This document shows, piece after piece, positions 17,867 through 25,574 of a DNA stretch of 64,000 nucleotides (positions within the stretch are counted from its first letter, which is position 1; each line of letters starts with the position of its first letter). The DNA comes from Candidatus Falkowbacteria bacterium. GTDB lineage: Bacteria; Patescibacteriota; Patescibacteriia; Patescibacteriales; UBA12465. The notes below the pieces were generated by a model that saw only the letters and a list, made by a program, of their open reading frames with translations, was not told the origin of the DNA and ran no database searches. The stretch spans positions 4,058 through 68,057 of the forward strand of contig JAPLVZ010000009.1 in NCBI GenBank assembly GCA_026396805.1, given 5' to 3'. Position numbers and translations under genes: made by a program.

Positions 17867-20167
17867 ATGTCAAAAAAATACTCAATTACAAGAATATTAC
17901 TGTTATCTTTATTCCTGGCGGCCACCGGGGCGATAACTTTAGCAATCTTTTTGTTTCACCGGGCCAATCCGATTGCCAATCCGATCGCCGTTGTCAATGC
18001 CGGGTCGGATTGTCCGCTGGCTGTTGCCAACACCACATTTGTAAAATCTTACCGCCTTTTGGCATTTACCAAAATTAACGGCGCCTGGCCGACTAAAGAC
18101 GGCGGTTATATTATTTCCGGCACAACCGATCCGAATATCATGTTTATTCCTCCCGACGGGTTTGTGGCCAAACTCGATTCGCAAGGGAGCGTCAAATGGA
18201 TGAAATTTTTAAAGACAAAAAATGCGGCCGGCGCCGGCAATCCCCTGGGAGAAGAAGATATCCAGTCGATTCTGGAATTGAAAGACGGCGGGTATCTGCT
18301 GGTTTCCAAGGTTTGGGGATTTATCAAGGCCGCGGAATGGAAATCGGATGACACGGAACTGAACAAAATTTTATTTACCAAACTAGATAAGAACGGGAAG
18401 ATGATTTGGAGCAAGTCTTTTACCGGATTTGTGGAAGACGCCAAAAACTCTTTATTAGAAACTGCCGATAAAGGATTTTTATTCTATGCCAGCATCACTG
18501 ATTTGACGCCGAATAAAAGGGGGGAAGACAGCGAGGTTTATTACGATTTGCCTTTTTCTTCGCTTAAGGTCTTCAAATTCGACGTTAACGGGAACCTTCA
18601 ATGGTCGAAAAACATCAGTAATTTCATCGCCCGGAAAAGTGATTCTTTCCTGACTCAAACCGTTGACGGCGGTTATGCTTTGGCGGGTAACTTAGCGCAG
18701 ACCAATTTGGAAAAAGATTCGCCCTATAATTTCGACATTTACCCCGGACTGGCTAAATTTGATAAAAATTTTAATTTTGAATGGGCTAAAAGTTTCGAAG
18801 GCATCCCTTTGGAAATGGCCGCGGCGATAAAGCAATCCGACGGAACATATAAAATTGGGTCTCAAAAAATGCACCAAGGAGCCATTGTCACCCGCGGATT
18901 GGCGCGAACAAAAGATAATGGTTATCTGGTTTTGGGAAATTTGTCTATGGCCTCCTCATTAATGACGGACAGCCTGGATTTAAATTCCGGTCAGCCGCAT
19001 TCTTATTTGGTAGGATTTAAATTTAATGCTGCCGGCGATTTGGAGTGGGTGAAAAAAGTGACCCTGAATTTCAATATGTATTCCGGTCCGATGACCGACT
19101 ATTCTCTGATGACGACAAAAGATAACAACCTAATGATTGCCGGTTCCATTCTCTGGGCCGATGAAGATTATGAAACTAAAAGCCAGGCGGTTGCCAGCCA
19201 GCGGGATTGGTATGTCAAAAAATATGGCGAGATGGAAATGTTAAAAGACAATAGCCAAAAAAGCAAACAATCCCAGCAAGATTGGAAAAAGGTGCAGACG
19301 GCCATTGAGGTCGCGGCGGCGGGAGTCCGCTCCGGCGTTTTGATGATGAAAACCGATCAAGAATTGAATCCCAGTTGGATCAAGATAGCCAAACCGCAGC
19401 GCGCCATTACCAATTACGTTTTGAAAGCGACCTTAGATAACGGAGCGATTGTGGCCGGTGAATACGAAACTAATGTGGTAAAATCGGTTATGTTCGGTAA
19501 TAAAACTTATTATAAAGACGGCTTTTTGATGAAGCTAGACGCGAGCGGCAACGTCAAAGGCGATATTTGGCTCGCTAACTATGATAAAAACGTGATTACG
19601 GAAATAATGACGCCTTACGCGACTACTAATGATTTGACCATTAGAGTTACGCCTTACCCGATTGTTTTGACCAATCGCCAACCGGAGTTTTCTCTTTATA
19701 AAAAAGCTAAAACTACCGTTTGGGCCGCTTTCAAAAGTTCTAAAAACACCGCCTGTCCGATTTTACTAAAAATTTCCGCTAACAGTAATCCGTTACAAAA
19801 CTCGACTTCCACTTCGAGCGCGGAAAAGACTTGGCCGCAAATTAATTATGAAAAAGCGATTCCGGTTGAACCGGCGAACGGCAAAAGCCAAGCTATTCAT
19901 AATGAGCTTCTTCCCATTCTGAATCAACTTTACAACAATCAAGTCAAACTGACCGACAATATGTCGGGCATGATGCTGGACTATATATTTGACCGGATTG
20001 TTACCGGCGGCGATAAGGCGGAGATTAAAAAATATTTGGAAGGGCTGGGCTATAAGACACAAGATGAAACGGAATACCAGTTGACGATGTATAAAGTCGG
20101 CTATTTCTTAAATTTAACTTTTTCTTTAAATAATACCAACAAGGGATTTTTAGAGATCACTTATTAA
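17867..20167 (+). CDS. large signal-anchored/secreted repeat protein (recurrent xDGGYxxxG beta-propeller-like units)
   Basis: N-terminal hydrophobic segment; at least 7 spaced repeats (KDGGYIISGTT, KDGGYLLVSKV, ADKGFLFYASI, VDGGYALAGNL, KDNGYLVLGNL, KDNNLMIAGSI, LDNGAIVAGEY) each followed by a W-containing strand. Confidence 0.7.
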   Translation: MSKKYSITRILLLSLFLAATGAITLAIFLFHRANPIANPIAVVNAGSDCPLAVANTTFVKSYRLLAFTKINGAWPTKDGGYIISGTTDPNIMFIPPDGFVAKLDSQGSVKWMKFLKTKNAAGAGNPLGEEDIQSILELKDGGYLLVSKVWGFIKAAEWKSDDTELNKILFTKLDKNGKMIWSKSFTGFVEDAKNSLLETADKGFLFYASITDLTPNKRGEDSEVYYDLPFSSLKVFKFDVNGNLQWSKNISNFIARKSDSFLTQTVDGGYALAGNLAQTNLEKDSPYNFDIYPGLAKFDKNFNFEWAKSFEGIPLEMAAAIKQSDGTYKIGSQKMHQGAIVTRGLARTKDNGYLVLGNLSMASSLMTDSLDLNSGQPHSYLVGFKFNAAGDLEWVKKVTLNFNMYSGPMTDYSLMTTKDNNLMIAGSILWADEDYETKSQAVASQRDWYVKKYGEMEMLKDNSQKSKQSQQDWKKVQTAIEVAAAGVRSGVLMMKTDQELNPSWIKIAKPQRAITNYVLKATLDNGAIVAGEYETNVVKSVMFGNKTYYKDGFLMKLDASGNVKGDIWLANYDKNVITEIMTPYATTNDLTIRVTPYPIVLTNRQPEFSLYKKAKTTVWAAFKSSKNTACPILLKISANSNPLQNSTSTSSAEKTWPQINYEKAIPVEPANGKSQAIHNELLPILNQLYNNQVKLTDNMSGMMLDYIFDRIVTGGDKAEIKKYLEGLGYKTQDETEYQLTMYKVGYFLNLTFSLNNTNKGFLEITY

Positions 20168-20218
20168 TATGGTATAATTATTAATATAATATTATTTAAG
20201 TTAACAGATTCAGCTAAT

Positions 20219-20797
20219 ATGAAAATTGTTCAACAAATAGACTTCTCTTCTGTTCTCTTTGATACCTTATTCGGATTAATTTTATTTTTTTGTCTTGATT
20301 CATTTCTGGAGATTAAGGGGATTCTCCCCTTTATTTTTTATCTTTTCAGCATCGTCATCCTCGTCCATTGGTGGTTAAACTTCAAATCAGCTGATGACGC
20401 TTTCGGTGAGGAGGTAACAAATTCGGCTATTGATTTAGTCTTTGGAATTATCTACGTTATTTTAATCGAATATATCATTCTCAACGCTAAATTATTCGCC
20501 GTCACGACCGCTACCTGGTTTCTAATTAGCCTTTTGGCGATTGATTTGATTTGGGCTTTAATTTGGCGTTATATCGGCCGATGGAACACAACTGATAAAG
20601 AAAAAATCAAACGCATGGAAAAGGAGTTGGATCATTGTATTCTGGTTAACTCGGCCGCGACCGCAGTTTTTATTTTTTTAGTAATCATGGCTCAATTTTT
20701 ACCCCTGCCTTTCTACATTGCCGGATTTATTGTATTATACATTATTTTCATTATAGCCACTTTTAAAACTAAGATCATTGATTTAAGAATTTTTTAA
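20219..20797 (+). CDS. polytopic membrane protein, unknown function
   Basis: 192 aa with 5-6 hydrophobic helices; AT-rich. Confidence 0.6.
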   Translation: MKIVQQIDFSSVLFDTLFGLILFFCLDSFLEIKGILPFIFYLFSIVILVHWWLNFKSADDAFGEEVTNSAIDLVFGIIYVILIEYIILNAKLFAVTTATWFLISLLAIDLIWALIWRYIGRWNTTDKEKIKRMEKELDHCILVNSAATAVFIFLVIMAQFLPLPFYIAGFIVLYIIFIIATFKTKIIDLRIF

Positions 20798-20842
20798 TTT
20801 TACTGTTTTAAATCTGTTTCACCTTCTCTGGATTCTAAACTA

Positions 20843-20870
20843 AAAACATACGCGAGTGCGTATGTTTTTT
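20843..20870. terminator. bidirectional terminator between convergent genes
   Basis: AAAAACATACGC GAGT GCGTATGTTTTT perfect palindrome. Confidence 0.8.
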
Positions 20871-20911
20871 ATTTATAGACTGAACCCGCGAGCACTATTT
20901 AACTTCAACCG

Positions 20912-21664
20912 CTATTTCACTATATCCCCTTCAATAATTTTGTTTTCTTCGGCCGTACCGCTTTTCTTTCGAAAAGTGACCAGTTGCTGCAAAACCGTGA
21001 GAAGAGTTAAAACAAACCAATATAAAGTCAGGCCGCCGGGTAAAGAGATGCCGATGAAAATAGTGATGGCCGGCATGAAATATAACATCTGCTTATTCAT
21101 AATCGCCGCCATACTTTCATCTTTTGATCCGGGGGTCTTAACGACTGGTTGCTTGGTGATCATCATCTTGGCTTGCCAAAATTGAGCCAGCCCGGCTAAG
21201 ACTGCCAAGGGAATACTAGGTTTGCCTAAATCCAAAAAACCGAAAGAGACCAAATTAATCGTTTCCGGCCTGGAGATAAAGCTATAGACATAATCCAATT
21301 TATTGTTGACGCCATCACGGAAAACTCGATACACCGCGATTAAAAAGGGAAGTTGAATCAAGAGGGGCAGACAAGAAGAAAAGGGGTTCACCTTATTATT
21401 CTTATATAAATCCATGGTTGCCCGGCTTAACGCGGTCTTGTCGTTCCCATATTCTTTTTTCAATTCGTTTATTTTGGGTTGTAAATCCTGAAGAGATTTT
21501 TGGGACTTGATGGCGGAGCGACCCAGCGGCCAAAGTATCAATTTAAGAACGGCCGTAAGAAAAATAATGGCCAAACCTAAATCATGGAAGGAAATAGTAT
21601 TATAAAGATAAACCAGGAGATTTAAGATCGGTTGATAAAAAACGATTGTAAAAAAGTGAACCAT
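20912..21664 (-). CDS. yidC: membrane protein insertase YidC (short Oxa1-type form)
   Basis: 250 aa, conserved core (LPLLIQLPFLIAVY, multiple TM helices), located in the canonical rpmH-rnpA-yidD-yidC string. Confidence 0.9.
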   Translation of the reverse strand: MVHFFTIVFYQPILNLLVYLYNTISFHDLGLAIIFLTAVLKLILWPLGRSAIKSQKSLQDLQPKINELKKEYGNDKTALSRATMDLYKNNKVNPFSSCLPLLIQLPFLIAVYRVFRDGVNNKLDYVYSFISRPETINLVSFGFLDLGKPSIPLAVLAGLAQFWQAKMMITKQPVVKTPGSKDESMAAIMNKQMLYFMPAITIFIGISLPGGLTLYWFVLTLLTVLQQLVTFRKKSGTAEENKIIEGDIVK

Positions 21665-21714
21665 AGTAATATTTTAATTAATTAGGAATTTTTTATAGCT
21701 TTTAAACCTTTAGA

Positions 21715-21972
21715 TTATCTAACCGGGTCATTACCGCCCTTGTTCCAAGGATTACAGCGCAAGATGCGCCAACTGGTCATCATTCCTCCTTTTATAATAC
21801 CGTATTTTTCAATAGCTTCAACCGCATACTGGGAACAAGAGGGATTAAAACGGCAAAAACCACGGGGATATAATGACTTAAAGGGTCCATGATCAAAAGA
21901 AAAGGTTTTTTGATAAACTTTTATTAATCTGACAACCAGCCGTCGCGGAAAATAAACAATCATTTCGTACAT
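21715..21972 (-). CDS. yidD: membrane protein insertion efficiency factor YidD
   Basis: [19 protein letters not shown] and RILRCNPW signature. Confidence 0.9.
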   Translation of the reverse strand: MYEMIVYFPRRLVVRLIKVYQKTFSFDHGPFKSLYPRGFCRFNPSCSQYAVEAIEKYGIIKGGMMTSWRILRCNPWNKGGNDPVR

Positions 21973-21990
21973 AAATTATCTAATATTAGC

Positions 21991-22332
21991 CTATTTATAC
22001 AATTTAAGTTTTTTTAAAGCTAAAATAAGGGCTTCTTTTATCTCTTCAAACTTTTTATTTAATATTTGAGAAAAAACTATAATAACCAAATCTTTGCCAT
22101 TTTTCAAATTAGGAAGTTCTTTTTGAATGATTTCCCTTATTTGACGTTTAATCTTATTTCTTATAACCGCTTTTTTGCTAACTTTAGTACTGATTAAAAC
22201 GCCCAGACGATTAACTTCCAGCCCGTTACCGGCCGCTTTAATGCCAAAAAGTTTCGTATAAAAAGATTGACCGGTCTTAAAAGCTCGGTCAAACTCTTTA
22301 TCTTTAGTTATTCTATTGCTTTTTTTTAACAT
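21991..22332 (-). CDS. rnpA: ribonuclease P protein component
   Basis: 113 aa basic protein, position between rpmH and yidD, motif VSKKAVIRNKIKRQIRE. Confidence 0.9.
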   Translation of the reverse strand: MLKKSNRITKDKEFDRAFKTGQSFYTKLFGIKAAGNGLEVNRLGVLISTKVSKKAVIRNKIKRQIREIIQKELPNLKNGKDLVIIVFSQILNKKFEEIKEALILALKKLKLYK

Positions 22333-22348
22333 CTGGCATATATAACGC

Positions 22349-22486
22349 TTACTTTGATAATTTCTTGCGGCCTTTATCTCGGCGGCGTTTTAAAACATCG
22401 CGTCCATCCTTAGTGCTCATTCTTTTTATAAACCCATGTTTTGTTTTGGCTCGTTTCTTATTGGGCTGGTAGGTCCTTTTCGGCAT
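22349..22486 (-). CDS. rpmH: 50S ribosomal protein L34
   Basis: Not in the ORF track (45 aa). Reverse strand translates to [45 protein letters not shown]. Confidence 0.95.
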   Translation of the reverse strand: MPKRTYQPNKKRAKTKHGFIKRMSTKDGRDVLKRRRDKGRKKLSK

Positions 22487-22614
22487 AAGATCAAATTTAA
22501 TTTATTATTCTTCTATAAGATAACACTTTTATTTATCGGAGTCAATAAAGGTTTAAAAATATTTTCTAAAAAGTTGTCCCCTTATTATTAACATATCGTG
22601 AACAACCGGCAAGC

Positions 22615-22643
22615 TTGTGATAAACTGGTTTATCTAATATAAT
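22615..22643 (+). promoter_or_regulatory. candidate dnaA promoter
   Basis: TTGTGA (22615-22620), 17-nt spacer, TATAAT (22638-22643), 55 nt before ATG 22698. Confidence 0.5.
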
Positions 22644-22697
22644 TAAATTTGATATAAATCTCTAATCAATATCCCTAAACCAAGATAATTAACTACT

Positions 22698-24107
22698 ATG
22701 ACTAGCGAACAAATCTGGCAAGCCGTCTTAGGAGAAATAGAATTAAGCTTATCAAGAGCTAATTTTGTTACTTGGTTTAAAGATACTTTCATCTCTTCTT
22801 TTGAAAATAACCGAATCATCATCTGCGTCCCTAATGCTTTCGTTAAAAAATGGCTGGAAGAGAAATACCATAAGAATATTCTAAGCGCCTTAGAGAGCGT
22901 CACTAAGCAAAAAATCCAAGAAATTATTTATAAGATAGAATTGAGAAGGGGGCCGATTCCGATATTAATGGTTGACGGGTCGGAAAACAAGACAGAAGAG
23001 AACGCCTCGTCCAACCAGTTTAAGAAAAGGGAAACAGCGATAAATAGCAATTCCTCCTCTAACAATGGGGCCAGTAACCAGCAAGGATTGAATTCGCGCT
23101 ATCAGTTTGAAAATTTCGTAGTCGGCCGGGGTAACGAGCTGGCTCACGCCGCTTGTTTGGCGGTCGTTGAAAATTTGGGTAAGTCTTATAATCCTTTATT
23201 TATTTATGGGGGGGTCGGGCTAGGCAAAACCCATCTATTACAAGCTATCGGCAACGCCGTTTCCAAAAAGACAAATAAAATCTTATACGCCACCAGCGAA
23301 AAATTCACCAATAATTATATCCAGGCCGTAAAAAGCGGTAAAGCCAAAGAGTTTAAAAATTTATACCGCAATGTTGATTTACTGTTAGTCGATGACGTCC
23401 AATTCATGGGCGGGAAAGACGGGACCCAAGAAGAATTCTTCCACACCTTTAATGAGCTGCAACAGAATGACAAGCAAATAGTGCTTACTTCCGACCGACC
23501 GCCAAAATCAATCCCCGCCATCGAAGGCCGCCTGATTTCCCGTTTTGAGTCGGGGATGGTGGCTGATATCGGCAAGCCGGATATTGAAACCAAGATTGCT
23601 ATTTTAGAAAAAAAATCTATTGAAAAAGGCTGTCCGCTCGATCGGGAGATATTGGCTTATATCGCCGAACACGTTCAAAATAATATCCGCGAACTGGAGG
23701 GCGCTCTGATAAAAGTTATCGCTTCCCATCAGTTTAAAGGATTGACGCCGAATTTAAAAAGTGTCAAGGAAATTCTTAGCGACTATGTTTCCAATATCAA
23801 AATTAAGTCGCTGACCCCCAAAGAGATTGTCGAGGCGACGGCCAGGTTTTACAACACGACCTATAAAGATCTGATCGGGAAAAGCCGTAAAAAAGAATTG
23901 GTTTGGCCCAGACAAATCGCCATCTTCCTTATCAGAGAAGATATCGGCACCTCGTACCCGACCATCGGAGCCGAATTGGGGGGGCGCGACCACACCACGG
24001 CCATGCATTCTTATAATAAAATCCAGCGCGAAACCGTAGAAAAAGGGAATGAAAAAATAAAACAAGAATTAAACTCCATCAGGCAATTGTTTAATTCTTC
24101 CTATTAA
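22698..24107 (+). CDS. dnaA: chromosomal replication initiator DnaA
   Basis: AAA+ Walker A GGVGLGKTHLL, LLVDDVQF box, C-terminal DNA-binding signature LGGRDHTTAMHS; Asn/Ser-rich linker after domain I. Confidence 0.97.
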   Translation: MTSEQIWQAVLGEIELSLSRANFVTWFKDTFISSFENNRIIICVPNAFVKKWLEEKYHKNILSALESVTKQKIQEIIYKIELRRGPIPILMVDGSENKTEENASSNQFKKRETAINSNSSSNNGASNQQGLNSRYQFENFVVGRGNELAHAACLAVVENLGKSYNPLFIYGGVGLGKTHLLQAIGNAVSKKTNKILYATSEKFTNNYIQAVKSGKAKEFKNLYRNVDLLLVDDVQFMGGKDGTQEEFFHTFNELQQNDKQIVLTSDRPPKSIPAIEGRLISRFESGMVADIGKPDIETKIAILEKKSIEKGCPLDREILAYIAEHVQNNIRELEGALIKVIASHQFKGLTPNLKSVKEILSDYVSNIKIKSLTPKEIVEATARFYNTTYKDLIGKSRKKELVWPRQIAIFLIREDIGTSYPTIGAELGGRDHTTAMHSYNKIQRETVEKGNEKIKQELNSIRQLFNSSY

Positions 24108-24388
24108 CCAAAGCCCCTGCCTGTGGAATAATCTGTTAACAACTTGTTAAGTTCTTGATGAAAAAAATCATACCCGGGGGATAAAAATGAATTTAAAAAA
24201 GTTGCCCCCAAAGAGCAACCAAGAATAAACAATTAAAACCCTTCTTTGCCACCTAAGGGGAGTAGTAGAAAAACCAATAAAAACCTAATCAAAAATAAAT
24301 AAATTAAATAAATCTAAAGTTATCCCCGCCCTTATTACTGTTATTAGTTTAATATATATAAATTAATAATATAGTAACCATTAAATAT
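24108..24388. promoter_or_regulatory. candidate oriC (dnaA-dnaN spacer with DnaA-box-like motifs and AT-rich tract)
   Basis: TGTGGAATA 24122-24130, GGGGGATAA 24176-24184, TTGCCCCCA 24202-24210, TTATCCCCG 24320-24328 (6-7 of 9 matches to TTATCCACA or its complement); long A/T runs 24266-24388. Confidence 0.5.
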
Positions 24389-25513
24389 ATGCGCTTAGTC
24401 AGCTTGCAGGAAAATTTAAAGAAAGGATTAAACTTAGTGGGACATATAACCACTAAGAATATTAATTTGCCGATTCTTAATAATATCTTGATAAAAGCCG
24501 AAAAGGGGAATATTGAGCTGATAAGCACTAATCTGGAAATAGGCGTTATTCACCAATTGCGCGGTAAAATAGAGGCCGACGGGCAATTCACGGTTGATTC
24601 TAAACTTATTACTGAATATGTTAACTTACTGAACGGAACCGGGAAGGTCAAATTAGAAGAGAAGGACGGCGAATTGAGACTGGAATGCGGCAACTACAAG
24701 ACTAAGATTAAAGGCGACCTCGCCAAAGAATTTCCTTTAATTCCGGTTATTCCTAAAGATACTTACTTCAGTTGTCAGATTGCCGATCTTAGAAAAGCCC
24801 TGAATAGCGTTATCTTTGCGGTCTCTACCAGTGAGAATAGGGTAGAGCTGACCGGCGTTCTCTTTTCGTTCTTAAAGGATAAGTTGAGTTTAGCCGCCAC
24901 TGACAGCTATCGTCTGGCAGAAAGCGAGATTAACGTGGTTAACAAGGGAGCTAAAGATAATGTTAAAGTTATCGTTCCGGCCAAAACCGCGGGCGAGTTT
25001 CTTAGAATATTAAACAGTCTTGATTTAAGCTCGTTAGAGTCGGAAGTCGATGTTAAAATTTATATAACCGAAAACCAGATATTATTTACAGTCGATTCCG
25101 TTGACTTAATTTCTCGTTTGATTAACGGACATTACCCGGATTACAAGCAGATTATCCCGACGCAGAGTCAGACGGAAATATTAGTGGAGAGAGGAGAACT
25201 GACGAGAGCGGTTAAAGCGTCGGCGCTTTTTTCAAAAACTGGAATTAACGACGTTACTCTTAAATTTTCTAAAAACAAAATTATTGTTTCGGCCTTTTCC
25301 GGGGCCAGCGGTGAAAGCCAGGCCGAGATTGACGCGACTGTGACCGGCGGAGACAATGAGATAACTATAAATTATCGCTATTTAATCGACGGTTTAAATA
25401 ATATCAGCGGCGACTTGGTCAGGATAGGAATTTTAAACAGTAATACCCCGTGTGTCTTAAAAGCGGAAAAAGATGATAGTTATTTGTATATCGTCATGCC
25501 GATAAGACAGTAA
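24389..25513 (+). CDS. dnaN: DNA polymerase III beta sliding clamp
   Basis: 374 aa, three-domain clamp pattern, position after dnaA, C-terminal YLYIVMPIR. Confidence 0.95.
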   Translation: MRLVSLQENLKKGLNLVGHITTKNINLPILNNILIKAEKGNIELISTNLEIGVIHQLRGKIEADGQFTVDSKLITEYVNLLNGTGKVKLEEKDGELRLECGNYKTKIKGDLAKEFPLIPVIPKDTYFSCQIADLRKALNSVIFAVSTSENRVELTGVLFSFLKDKLSLAATDSYRLAESEINVVNKGAKDNVKVIVPAKTAGEFLRILNSLDLSSLESEVDVKIYITENQILFTVDSVDLISRLINGHYPDYKQIIPTQSQTEILVERGELTRAVKASALFSKTGINDVTLKFSKNKIIVSAFSGASGESQAEIDATVTGGDNEITINYRYLIDGLNNISGDLVRIGILNSNTPCVLKAEKDDSYLYIVMPIRQ

Positions 25514-25543
25514 TTGATTAGTATTAATTAGTCTTCGTTTTTT

Positions 25544-25573
25544 AAAAACAGCCCTCTATCCGGGCTGTTTTTG
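25544..25573. terminator. bidirectional terminator between dnaN and the PBP gene
   Basis: AAAAACAGCCC ... GGGCTGTTTTT. Confidence 0.8.
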
Positions 25574-25574
25574 T

